From positions 801-64,800 of the forward strand of contig CAXMSE010000032.1 in assembly GCA_964196195.1 (NCBI GenBank): 64,000 bases of DNA. The letters run 5' to 3'. Source of the DNA: an uncultured Gammaproteobacteria bacterium. Its GTDB lineage: Bacteria > Actinomycetota > Acidimicrobiia > Acidimicrobiales > Aldehydirespiratoraceae. The translations under genes and the position numbers were made by a program. The first letter of the stretch is position 1, and every line of letters starts with the position of its first letter. Below the pieces are notes generated by a model that was given only the letters and a program-made list of their open reading frames with translations, did no database searches and had not been told where the DNA came from. Of the stretch, positions 1 to 9,076 are shown one piece after another.

Positions 1-988
1 TGGAGTTGAACCCGACTGCCACTCGACCGTTGCCTGCAGCTTCCATCGGGCCCAGAAGTTCGGGAGCCACCTGGAGGTTCCATGCGTAATCGGCTTCACC
101 GATCTCGAGCACCGAACGAGCCGAGGCCTCGGCGTCGCCGCCACCCTTGATCGTAACGGTGCCGAAGAAGGGCTGGCCATCGGCGTTGCCGCGGTACAGC
201 GGGTTGTACTCATAGAGCACCGTGTCTTCGGGACGAAGCTCGGTGACCATGTACGGGCCGGTGCCGACCGGGGCGAAGTTCTGCTCGGTGCAGGACTTCG
301 CAGCGTCTCCCTGGCACTCAGCGAACTGGGCGCGCTGGATTACCGGGTTCGTCGCTCCGACGTAGGGCTGGAACGGGAACGGCTGCGGTGCGTCGAACGT
401 GACCTTGGTAGTCAGCTCGTCGATCGCTTCCACCGACACAACCGTGGTGTACGCGTCTGCGGAACAACCAGTGAGTTCATCGGTGCAGTATTCCCAGCTG
501 AACACAACGTCGTCGGACGTGACAGGAGTGCCGTCGTTCCACAACAGACCCTCTTGCAAGGTCCAGGTGATCTCGGTGAGATCAGCGGAGATTCCGCCAT
601 TGGCGGCGGTGGGAATCTCTGCGGCGAGAGCCGTCAGAATCTGACCCTCCGGGCCCCACCATGCCATGGGCTCGAGCACGAGCGAACTGGCCTGGATGTC
701 TTTGGTACCGGTGGACAGATAGGCGTTGGCCTGTGAGGGAGCTTGCCACTGCAGGAGTAGCAGCTCTCCACCCTGACCCGCCGTAGACGCTGCAGCGTCG
801 TCGCCACCGTCGTCGACGGCATCATCACCGTCATCAACGGCATCATCACCGTCATCGACGGCATCGTCACCGGCATCATCAACGGCGTCGTCGCCAGCTG
901 ATGTGTCACCGGCGTCACCGTCGTCGTCGCCGCAGGCTGCAGCGAAAAGTGTGAACACTGCAAGCAGTGCTAAAAGTTTCAACTTCAT
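1..988 (-). CDS. Peptide/oligopeptide ABC transporter substrate-binding lipoprotein (family 5), 3' end outside window
   Basis: Not in the ORF track because it runs off the edge. Manual translation from ATG 988: MKLKLLALLAVFTLFAAAC (lipobox), Asp-rich linker, then family-5 motifs TWTLQEGLLWNDGTPVTSDDVVFSW and PVGTGPY. GGAGGG SD upstream. Confidence 0.9.
   Translation of the reverse strand, partial: MKLKLLALLAVFTLFAAACGDDDGDAGDTSAGDDAVDDAGDDAVDDGDDAVDDGDDAVDDGGDDAAASTAGQGGELLLLQWQAPSQANAYLSTGTKDIQASSLVLEPMAWWGPEGQILTALAAEIPTAANGGISADLTEITWTLQEGLLWNDGTPVTSDDVVFSWEYCTDELTGCSADAYTTVVSVEAIDELTTKVTFDAPQPFPFQPYVGATNPVIQRAQFAECQGDAAKSCTEQNFAPVGTGPYMVTELRPEDTVLYEYNPLYRGNADGQPFFGTVTIKGGGDAEASARSVLEIGEADYAWNLQVAPELLGPMEAAGNGRVAVGFNS
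795..932 (-). repeat. Imperfect ~21-bp coding repeats encoding a (G)DDAVDD acidic linker
   Basis: gtcatc(a/g)acggcatc(a/g)tcacc-like units; translation GDDAVDDAGDDAVDDGDDAVDDGDDAVDDGGDD. Confidence 0.8.
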
Positions 989-1129
989 ACTCTCGGTTCT
1001 CCCTCCTAGGTCGGTCTATTGACCGATGGGGCCGTCATGTTAGGGGCTGATTAACGGGTTTGCTAGTGACCCCGCCCGCGTGGACGGGTCGTCATCCCCT
1101 GATTTGCTGAATTTTGTGCCGTTGGACCT

Positions 1130-2161
1130 TCACCAGCCGGGTGTGTCCGCGAAATGGCAGGAGACCCAATGGCCGGGTTCGATTTCTCGCCACTCGGGTA
1201 TGTCCTGTGAACAGCGCTCCTGGGCCACGGGGCAACGGGTGTTGAACCGGCAGCCGGGGGGTGGATTGCTCGGACTGGGAATGTCGCCCTCGAGGATCAC
1301 CCGAGGCCTAACCGCCTCGATCACCGGGTCGGGCACGGGAACCGAGGAATGCAAGGCGCGGGTGTAGGGGTGCTTCGGATCATCGTAGAGGGTCTCTACG
1401 GGAGCTAGCTCCACCAGGGTGCCGAGATACATCACTGCCACACGGTCGGCGATGTGACGGACCATGCTCAGGTCGTGAGAGATGAAGAGGTAACTCAGCT
1501 CGAGAGAGTTCTGAAGGTCTTCGAGCAGGTTGACCACCTGGGCCTGAATCGACACGTCGAGAGCGGCGATGGGCTCATCACACACGATGAACTCGGGGTT
1601 GAGCGCAATTGCTCGGGCGATTCCGATGCGTTGGCGCTGGCCGCCGGAGAATTCATGGGGATAGCGGTTGGCGTGGGTGGGATCAAGCCCCACCAGGCTC
1701 AACAGCTCCTCGACCCGTTCCTTGCGTTCGCGACCCCGAGAAGCCTTGTGCTCGAGCAGGGGCTCGCCGATGATCGACGCAACCGTCATCCTCGGATTGA
1801 GCGAGGCATGAGGGTTCTGGAAAACCATCTGCATACGGGGTCGCAGCTTGCGCACCTGCTGGTTCGACAGCTGGGTGATGTCCTGGCCATCGAAGGTGAC
1901 ACTGCCATCGGTGACTTCCTCGAGCTTCAGGATCGCCCTTCCGGCGGTGGACTTGCCCGAGCCGCTCTCGCCGACAAGGCCCAGAGTCTCGCCGCGGTAG
2001 ATATCGAAACTCACGCCGTCGACGGCGCGCACCGAACCGACCTCCCTACGGAAGACCCCCTTCATGATCGGGAAGTACTTCTTCAGGTCGGTGACGCTGA
2101 CCAAAGGCTTCTCTTCGGGTTCGGCCGGAGAGTCGGCCCCCTTCGTGAATTCAGCCACCAT
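1130..2161 (-). CDS. Oligopeptide ABC transporter ATP-binding protein (OppF/AppF-like)
   Basis: Walker [17 protein letters not shown] signature, CDEP Walker B, HPYT and GCRF..RC C-terminal domain; ATG 2161 overlaps the upstream stop. Confidence 0.93.
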   Translation of the reverse strand: MVAEFTKGADSPAEPEEKPLVSVTDLKKYFPIMKGVFRREVGSVRAVDGVSFDIYRGETLGLVGESGSGKSTAGRAILKLEEVTDGSVTFDGQDITQLSNQQVRKLRPRMQMVFQNPHASLNPRMTVASIIGEPLLEHKASRGRERKERVEELLSLVGLDPTHANRYPHEFSGGQRQRIGIARAIALNPEFIVCDEPIAALDVSIQAQVVNLLEDLQNSLELSYLFISHDLSMVRHIADRVAVMYLGTLVELAPVETLYDDPKHPYTRALHSSVPVPDPVIEAVRPRVILEGDIPSPSNPPPGCRFNTRCPVAQERCSQDIPEWREIEPGHWVSCHFADTPGW

Positions 2162-3152
2162 TGCGAGCCACCCCCTCACGTGTGTCCCACCAGCAGGCCA
2201 CCCGGTGTTCGGGTCCGACCTCCTCGAGCTTAGGAACTTCCTTGACGCAGCGTTCGTGCACGTATGGGCAACGGGGAGCGAACGAACACCCTTTGGGGGC
2301 GGCGTACATGCTGGGAGGCTGACCCTCGATGCTGTGCAGCTCCTGGCCCTTCTGGTCGAGCCTCGGGATGGACTCCAACAGACCCTGGGTGTAGGGATGT
2401 TCGGGTTGGCCGTAGAGACTCCTCACCGGCGCCTCCTCCACGATCTGGCCTCCGTACATCACCAGAACACGGTCGGCGAGCCCGGCTATGACCCCAAGGT
2501 CGTGGGTGATCCAGATCACCGCGGTGTCGAGCTTCTCGCGAAGATCTCTCACGATCTCGATTATCTGTGCCTGGACCGTGACGTCGAGCGCGGTGGTGGG
2601 TTCGTCGGCGATGATCACCTTGGGTGAGCAGGCGAGGGCGATCGCGATCATCACCCGCTGGCGCATGCCTCCTGAGAGCTCATGGGGGAAGGCCCTCACC
2701 CGCTGGTCGGCGTCGGGGAGACCCACCATGGTGAGCAGCTCGGTGGCCTCGGCGCGTGCCTCCTTCGCGTTCATGTCCTTGTGGAGCCGGAGCGACTCCT
2801 CGATCTGGCGACCCACTGTAAACACAGGGTTGAGTGAGGTCATCGGGTCCTGGAAGATGAAGCCGATCTTGCCGCCGCGCACCTTTCGGAGCTCATCGAG
2901 GCTGATGTCGAGGAGGTCCTGGTCGTCGAACATGGCTGTGCCGTCGGTGATCTCGCCCGGGGGCATCGGGATCAGGCGAAGCAGCGACATCATGGTGACG
3001 CTCTTGCCCGAGCCGCTCTCGCCGACGACACCGAGGAACTCGCCGGCCTGAAGGTTGAAACTCACATCGTTGACCGCATGAACCACGCCGTCCTGAGTGT
3101 GGAATCTCGTCGTCAGACCCGAGACGTCGAGGATGGGTCGATCCGTGATCAA
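2151..3152 (-). CDS. Oligopeptide ABC transporter ATP-binding protein (OppD-like)
   Basis: [39 protein letters not shown]; TTG start. Confidence 0.93.
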   Translation of the reverse strand: MITDRPILDVSGLTTRFHTQDGVVHAVNDVSFNLQAGEFLGVVGESGSGKSVTMMSLLRLIPMPPGEITDGTAMFDDQDLLDISLDELRKVRGGKIGFIFQDPMTSLNPVFTVGRQIEESLRLHKDMNAKEARAEATELLTMVGLPDADQRVRAFPHELSGGMRQRVMIAIALACSPKVIIADEPTTALDVTVQAQIIEIVRDLREKLDTAVIWITHDLGVIAGLADRVLVMYGGQIVEEAPVRSLYGQPEHPYTQGLLESIPRLDQKGQELHSIEGQPPSMYAAPKGCSFAPRCPYVHERCVKEVPKLEEVGPEHRVACWWDTREGVARNGG

Positions 3153-3184
3153 TGTGATTCCACCCGTGGTGTGAGCTCCAACAT
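3149..3184 (-). other. Candidate leaderless 11-aa uORF ([11 protein letters not shown]) overlapping the oppD start
   Basis: TAGGCT (3198-3193) lies 8 nt before ATG 3184; its TGA overlaps the oppD TTG as TTGA. Confidence 0.35.
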
Positions 3185-3297
3185 GGCTGCGCAGCCTAGC
3201 CGCGTGAGCCGCGCTGAGGTATACAAACCTTGTCGGCTGAGCCTACGCGATCGAATCGCACCGATCAGCGCCCGTCCGGCTCGATAGTCTCCATCCG

Positions 3298-6200
3298 ATG
3301 AATCGGGACTCGGTGGAGCGAAGGCGGGCGTCGGTACCGCCCATTCGGTACCCCGATGAGTTACCCATCACCGCACGCCGCGATGAGCTGCTGAGGACCA
3401 TTGGCGACAACCAGGTGGTGGTGGTTGCCGGCGAGACCGGTTCGGGCAAAAGCACCCAGATCCCCAAGATCTGTCTCGAACTGGGTCGCGGCGTGGAGGG
3501 CCTGATCGGCCACACCCAGCCTCGCCGCATTGCAGCGCGTTCGATCGCAGAGCGCATCGCCAGTGAGATCGGCACCACAGTCGGGGGGCTCGTCGGCTAC
3601 ACGGTGAGGTTCACCGACGAGGTGAGTGATCAGACTCTCGTGAAGCTGATGACCGACGGAATCCTCCTGGCCGAGATGCAACGCGACCGCGAGCTCCGTC
3701 GTTACGACACGATAATCATCGACGAAGCCCATGAGCGCAGCCTCAACATCGACTTCCTGCTCGGCTATCTCCGCCGCCTGCTTGATCGGCGCCCCGACCT
3801 CAAGGTGATAATCACCTCCGCCACGATCGACACGGCTCGCTTCGCCGCTCACTTCGCCGATGCTCCGATCGTCGAAGTAGCGGGACGCACCCATCCGGTG
3901 GAGGTGCGCTATCACCCCCTGGGCGATCCCGACGACCCGGACGCTCCCGTTCTCGACCAGACCGAAGGCATTGGTCGTGCCGTCAGGGAACTCCTCAGAG
4001 ACCAGCCCGATGACATCCTTGTCTTTTTGTCCGGTGAGCGTGAGATCCGCGACGCCGCAGACCATCTCGGCGAGCTCCGCCTGCCCGAGCTCGAGGTGCT
4101 GCCGCTGTACGCCCGCCTCTCCCCTACCGAGCAGCAAAGGGTTTTCGCGCCCCACCGCAATCGTCGGGTGGTGCTGGCCACCAATGTGGCCGAGACCTCT
4201 CTCACGGTGCCCGGCATTCATTCGGTGATCGACACCGGCACTGCCCGGATCTCACGATTCAACCGCCGCACGAAGGTGCAGCGCCTGCCGATCGAGGCCG
4301 TCTCGCAGGCCTCCGCTGAGCAGCGGGCCGGCCGGTGTGGTCGGCTCGGACCCGGCGTTTGCATCCGCCTGTACGCCGAGGACGACTTCGACAACCGGCC
4401 CGAGTTCACCGAACCGGAGATTCAGCGCACCAACCTCGCCTCGGTGATCCTCCAGATGGCCTCCCTCGGCCTCGGCGAGGTTGAGTCGTTCCCCTTCGTC
4501 GACCCACCCGATCACCGGGCAATCCGTGATGGCATCCTCCTGCTCGAGGAGCTCGACGCGGTCGACCCGACTCGGGAGGGCACCCATCGATGGCTCACCC
4601 CGCTCGGGCGTCAGCTCGCGGCCATCCCTGTCGACCCTCGTCTCGGCCGGATGCTCCTCGAGGCCGACGACCATGGCTGCGTGGCTGAACTCCTGGTGAT
4701 CGTGTCGGGTCTATCGATCCAGGACCCGCGGATCAGGCCCACAGGAGTCGGGAGTGGAGCAGCACAGCAGAGAGCCGTGGAGTGCCACGCCCGTTACACC
4801 CATGAGGATTCCGACTTCCTGTCCTACCTCCAATTGTGGAAACACGTCCGCGCCGAGCGGACGGCTCGGTCGGGCAATGGCTTTCGCCGCATGTGCCGCG
4901 ACGAGTATCTGCATTACCTCCGGATTCGCGAGTGGCAAGATGTTCACGGCCAGTTGAGGAGGGTTGCGACCGACCTTCGCCTACGCGTCAACGACAACCC
5001 GGCCGACCCCGATTCGGTGCACCAGGCCCTCCTGGCAGGTCTGCTTTCCCATGTCGGATTCCTCGACTCGGAAAGGCGCGACTATCGAGGCGCTCGCAAC
5101 GCACGCTTCGTGGTGGCGCCCGGCAGCGCCCTGAAGAAGCGAACCCCCAAGTGGGTGATGGCCGGTGAGCTGGTGGAGACAAACCAGTTGAGAGGGCGCG
5201 TGGTGGCCCCAGTCAATCCCCAGTGGCTGGAGCGGTCGGCCTCGCATCTACTGGCATGGAGCTACAGCGACCCCTGGTGGAACTCCCAACGAGGCTCGGC
5301 CATGTGCGACGAACGAGCGTCTCTCTACGGGCTCCCCGTGGTTCCCAACCGGGCGATAAATGTGCACGGGGTCGAACCCGGCTTGGCACGCGAGCTGTTC
5401 ATCCGCCACGCCCTCGTCGAGGGCGACTGGGATACTCACCACCGCTTCTCGGAGCACAATGCCGAGCGGGTGGCCGAGGTCGCCCAGCTCCAACTCCGCC
5501 TGCGCCGCGACGACCTCCTGATCACCGACGATGCCCTCGCCGAGCTCTACTCATCGCGGCTGCCTGATGAGATCGTGTCGGTGCGCCATTTCGATCGCTG
5601 GTGGAAGCGCCACGGGGCCGACAATCCTTCCCACCTGGACTTTCGCGTCGAAGACCTGATCGATCCCGCGCTCGGGCCGATGTCAGCTGATGATTTCCCC
5701 GAGTCCTGGGCCTACGGCGACCTCGACCTGGAGCTGCACTACGAACACGATGCGGCGAGTCTCACCGATGGGGTCACCATCGATGTCCCCCTCGACGCTG
5801 TCAGCCGTATCGACTCCCGGCGATTCGACTGGCTTGTCGCGGGCCTCCGTCGCCAGCTGGTCACCGAACTCCTGCGCACCCTTCCGAAGCCGATCAGGCG
5901 GCTCCTGGTGCCGATCCCTGCGACAGTCGACACGATCCTGCCCGGTCTCGACCCCGACTCCGACGACACCTTGCTCGACCAACTCCGCGACGAGGTCGTG
6001 CGAATGTCGGGCGAAGGGGTGCTTCGAAGAGACTTCAGGCCCGAAGATCTAGACACCCATCTTCGTCCTCATTTCCGCATCGTCGACCGGGGCGAATCGA
6101 TAGCCGAAGACGACGATCTCGACCTTCTCAAGCGCCACCTGCACGAGCAGGCACGAGAACTGCTCAACGAGACGAGCCATGAGCTCGAAACGACCGGGCT

Positions 6201-7050
6201 CACATCGTGGACGATCGGCGAGCTTCCCCGGTTGGTCGAGTCGTCGGGCCTCGGTCAGCTGGTTCGCTCCTACCCCTCACTCGTCGACGAGGGTGAATCG
6301 GTGGCCGTGCGACTCCTCGCCACCGAGGCAGAACAACACGACACGATGTGGGTGGGCACTCGGCGGCTCCTTCTGCTCAACCGACCGGCTGTGGCGTCGG
6401 TATTGAGATCCCTGCTCACCGACGATGTGAAGTTCGCCATCATCGGGGGTCCGTATGAGTCCCCCGGTGCCTGGTTCGAGGATTGTCTCGTGGCGGCCAC
6501 CGACGAACTTCTCCACCGGTTCGGGGGTCCGGCGTGGGACACCGACTCGTTCCAGCGCTTGCTCGGCTCGGTTCGAGAAGCTCTCCCCGAAGCAGTAATG
6601 GAGGTGGCCAATTCCGCGATCGACGTGCTGGTGTCGGCTCGCCGGCTGCGCCGCCTGCTCGACAACACGAGTGCCCAACCTCTTCAAGACGCGGTAGCCG
6701 ACATGGCTGCTCAGCTCGACAGGCTGGTCCATCCGGGGTTCATCGCCGGCGTGGGTGCTCATCGTCTCGATGATGTCGACCGCTACCTACGGGCCGCATT
6801 GTGGCGCGGCGAGCGTCTGGCGTCGTCTGTCGCCCGCGATCGGGACCGGATGACGAATATTCGCCGGCTCGAGGCGGCTCACGACCGACTCACCGACGCC
6901 CATGGTTGGTCGCCCCGGCTGGAAGCGCTCGTATGGCAGCTCCAGGAGTTGAGGGTGAGCCTCTTCGCCCAGCAGGTCGGGGTCGAGGGAACCGTGAGCG
7001 TGAAGCGCCTCCGGGAGGCGATCGACGACACTGAACGCGCCCTCGGCTGA
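3298..7050 (+). CDS. hrpA: ATP-dependent RNA helicase HrpA
   Basis: GETGSGKST, TQPRRIAA, DEAHERS, SAT, TNVAETSLT, QRAGRCGR; C-terminal ELRVSLFAQ (DUF3418-like); TAGTCT -10 7 nt before ATG. Confidence 0.95.
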   Translation: MNRDSVERRRASVPPIRYPDELPITARRDELLRTIGDNQVVVVAGETGSGKSTQIPKICLELGRGVEGLIGHTQPRRIAARSIAERIASEIGTTVGGLVGYTVRFTDEVSDQTLVKLMTDGILLAEMQRDRELRRYDTIIIDEAHERSLNIDFLLGYLRRLLDRRPDLKVIITSATIDTARFAAHFADAPIVEVAGRTHPVEVRYHPLGDPDDPDAPVLDQTEGIGRAVRELLRDQPDDILVFLSGEREIRDAADHLGELRLPELEVLPLYARLSPTEQQRVFAPHRNRRVVLATNVAETSLTVPGIHSVIDTGTARISRFNRRTKVQRLPIEAVSQASAEQRAGRCGRLGPGVCIRLYAEDDFDNRPEFTEPEIQRTNLASVILQMASLGLGEVESFPFVDPPDHRAIRDGILLLEELDAVDPTREGTHRWLTPLGRQLAAIPVDPRLGRMLLEADDHGCVAELLVIVSGLSIQDPRIRPTGVGSGAAQQRAVECHARYTHEDSDFLSYLQLWKHVRAERTARSGNGFRRMCRDEYLHYLRIREWQDVHGQLRRVATDLRLRVNDNPADPDSVHQALLAGLLSHVGFLDSERRDYRGARNARFVVAPGSALKKRTPKWVMAGELVETNQLRGRVVAPVNPQWLERSASHLLAWSYSDPWWNSQRGSAMCDERASLYGLPVVPNRAINVHGVEPGLARELFIRHALVEGDWDTHHRFSEHNAERVAEVAQLQLRLRRDDLLITDDALAELYSSRLPDEIVSVRHFDRWWKRHGADNPSHLDFRVEDLIDPALGPMSADDFPESWAYGDLDLELHYEHDAASLTDGVTIDVPLDAVSRIDSRRFDWLVAGLRRQLVTELLRTLPKPIRRLLVPIPATVDTILPGLDPDSDDTLLDQLRDEVVRMSGEGVLRRDFRPEDLDTHLRPHFRIVDRGESIAEDDDLDLLKRHLHEQARELLNETSHELETTGLTSWTIGELPRLVESSGLGQLVRSYPSLVDEGESVAVRLLATEAEQHDTMWVGTRRLLLLNRPAVASVLRSLLTDDVKFAIIGGPYESPGAWFEDCLVAATDELLHRFGGPAWDTDSFQRLLGSVREALPEAVMEVANSAIDVLVSARRLRRLLDNTSAQPLQDAVADMAAQLDRLVHPGFIAGVGAHRLDDVDRYLRAALWRGERLASSVARDRDRMTNIRRLEAAHDRLTDAHGWSPRLEALVWQLQELRVSLFAQQVGVEGTVSVKRLREAIDDTERALG

Positions 7051-7071
7051 CCAGCGCCATGCGGAATCGCT

Positions 7072-7560
7072 TCAGGAAACGTCGAGCACCAGCGCCTCGA
7101 GGGTGAGGCTTTCGAGTTCGCCGGCCCCTGCCGCGATCGCCTCCACCGTTGTCTTCCAGGTGCGCCACGCTCCCCCGTTGTCTCGAACGATCCCTTCCAG
7201 GGCGACAACCAGTCCCATCACCTGGGCGGGGCGAGCCAGGTCGAGATGGCCTCGCCTAGTGGTGCCATCTACTTCCGCGCCCGGCCCCGTAAACCAGGAG
7301 CCGGGTCCGGTGACGCGCTCCACCACCAAGCGCAATTCGATCAGATCGTTCGGCCCCGACACCACCGTGGGACCACGGGAACCTCCTGTCGCCACGGTCT
7401 CATCGACGGTGGCGCTCGGGCGGAGGTCGGTGGCACCGAACTCGGCCACCAGGGCCCCGACCGGGTCGGCGCGGCCCACGAGTTGGGTGTAGGCGCGCCG
7501 AGCGCGGGCCCAGTCGGCGCTGGTACTCAGGCGGCCTTCTCCAAGATGTGGATGCCACAA
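7072..7560 (-). CDS. Hypothetical protein (start uncertain, possibly CTG at 7530)
   Basis: Fills the gap convergent on hrpA; CTG 7530 overlaps the stop of the upstream mini-ORF; no recognisable motif. Confidence 0.5.
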   Translation of the reverse strand: MWHPHLGEGRLSTSADWARARRAYTQLVGRADPVGALVAEFGATDLRPSATVDETVATGGSRGPTVVSGPNDLIELRLVVERVTGPGSWFTGPGAEVDGTTRRGHLDLARPAQVMGLVVALEGIVRDNGGAWRTWKTTVEAIAAGAGELESLTLEALVLDVS

Positions 7561-7622
7561 GCCGAGCCGAGCCCGATCACGTGGGCGAGGCCGACCTGGG
7601 CTGAGGGCATCTTGGCGGCCAT
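7527..7622 (-). pseudogene. 31-aa remnant of an SCP-x-type thiolase / lipid-transfer protein gene
   Basis: MAAKMPSAQVGLAHVIGLGSACGIHILEKAA*; VGLAHVIGLGSAC..HILEK resembles the C-terminus of actinobacterial lipid-transfer thiolases (recalled); preceded by GGAG SD. Confidence 0.65.
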
Positions 7623-7672
7623 GGGATTCTCCGGCTCATGGTGTGTCGAGATCCCACCGTAGTCATGCCACT

Positions 7673-7692
7673 ATGTGAACGCACGCTCACAT
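7673..7692. promoter_or_regulatory. Dyad operator overlapping the -35 region of the thiolase-remnant promoter
   Basis: ATGTGAAC-GCAC-GCTCACAT (7 of 8 arm positions symmetric); minus-strand -10 TACGGT at 7661-7656. Confidence 0.45.
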
Positions 7693-7700
7693 CCCAGGCC

Positions 7701-8303
7701 TCACCAGGCGCCCCGGTGCACAATCGCGTCGAGCGTCGGGTGCCGACGACCCGCCGATTCCGACCGGCGATGAGGCGCCGGGTGACCGATGGCGATGGCG
7801 CCCAGGGCGCGACGATCACTCGGTACCCCAAACTCTTCACGCACCGCAGCCTCATGGTCGAACAGGCCGAAGAGTAGGGCACCGAGTCCTTCGGCCTCAG
7901 CCCCGAGAAGCAAGAGCATGGCAGCCGCTCCCCCGTCGACGAACCAGTACGGCACCGACCACGCTTGCTGACCTGCCCCCAGGCCCGTGTGGGCCTTGTC
8001 TCTCTCGGAGTAGCGATCCACATAGGCTGTCGGATCGAGCCACGGCACGAGGAGCACCGGTGCGTTGAGAAGCTCGGGCCAGGGGAACGAGGAACGACGC
8101 GGCTCTGGAAGGGTGACGTCCCAATACCGGGCGGTCTGGGTCGAACCCTCGAGCACGAGGAACTCCATCGCAGCCGTGTTGCCCGCCGATGGGCCGTGTC
8201 GAGTGAGGGCCAGGAGTCGGTCGACAACATCGGCAGCCACCGGCGCATCCGTGAACGCCCGCGTCATCCGTCGACGGCGGGCTAACTCTGAATAGTCCGA
8301 CAT
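7701..8303 (-). CDS. Nitroreductase family protein
   Basis: RRRRMTRAF, GPSAGN, DGGAAAMLLLLGAEAEGLG, IAIGHP; start moved to ATG 8303. Confidence 0.88.
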   Translation of the reverse strand: MSDYSELARRRRMTRAFTDAPVAADVVDRLLALTRHGPSAGNTAAMEFLVLEGSTQTARYWDVTLPEPRRSSFPWPELLNAPVLLVPWLDPTAYVDRYSERDKAHTGLGAGQQAWSVPYWFVDGGAAAMLLLLGAEAEGLGALLFGLFDHEAAVREEFGVPSDRRALGAIAIGHPAPHRRSESAGRRHPTLDAIVHRGAW

Positions 8304-8326
8304 CGGCCCGCTCCCGCGGGGCCGGC

Positions 8327-8995
8327 TCAGAGGAGCTTCTCGAGGTCCTCGGCCATCGCCCAACCGAATGCGATCAGGGTGTCGCCCTTGGGCTTGTCGA
8401 GATCGTCGAACTGGGCGGCAACCTCGGCCGAGATCTTTTCGGGTTTGGCGCTGCAGTGGTCGAGTACGACGGCCTGATCGCCGTCGCCGCGAACGGTGAA
8501 CGCACGGTCTTCGTAGACGCTCGCGCCGATTCCGAAGCGCTTGGCGAGGCGACGCCCCCACGCGCGCTCTTCACCCGATGCCTTGTGGTCCGGGCGGGGC
8601 ACGATGTCGTCGAGTGCCTTGTAGGCCTCGAAGGCACCGGGGTCGTTGATCTGGGAGCCCACCAGCACATCCTCATCGGGAAAGGCCAGAACCGAGCGCC
8701 TCATCTGATCGGTCATGATCGCCCTCAGGACCGTGTCGCGCTTGGTGTTGCGACAGATATGGCCGGCACCGATCAGCACGCTCGGCGTACCTCCGATGCG
8801 CTCGAGGGTGCAGAACGAGAAGCCGCGGACCTTGCCGCCCTCACTGGCTACGGTGCAGAGAACCCATGCCTCAGCCTGCTTCGACAGGAGACCGACTTCG
8901 AATGCGTTGGGGGAATCCGCACACAGGTCGGCCATCTCGGCCAGCTCGGCATCACTGAGGGCTGTGCAGTCCTTGGTCTCGACTTCGATCGCCAT
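8327..8995 (-). CDS. Conserved-looking hypothetical protein, possible GNAT-like fold
   Basis: Clean globular alpha/beta composition (GKVRGFSFC beta-hairpin); start MAIEVETK at 8995. Confidence 0.75.
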   Translation of the reverse strand: MAIEVETKDCTALSDAELAEMADLCADSPNAFEVGLLSKQAEAWVLCTVASEGGKVRGFSFCTLERIGGTPSVLIGAGHICRNTKRDTVLRAIMTDQMRRSVLAFPDEDVLVGSQINDPGAFEAYKALDDIVPRPDHKASGEERAWGRRLAKRFGIGASVYEDRAFTVRGDGDQAVVLDHCSAKPEKISAEVAAQFDDLDKPKGDTLIAFGWAMAEDLEKLL

Positions 8996-9076
8996 GCGCT
9001 GCAACATCCCCACGTACTCGCCCAATAAGACCAAACCAGTTTTCAAGGTTTCGACGCGAATCGCAACCTCGGATGC

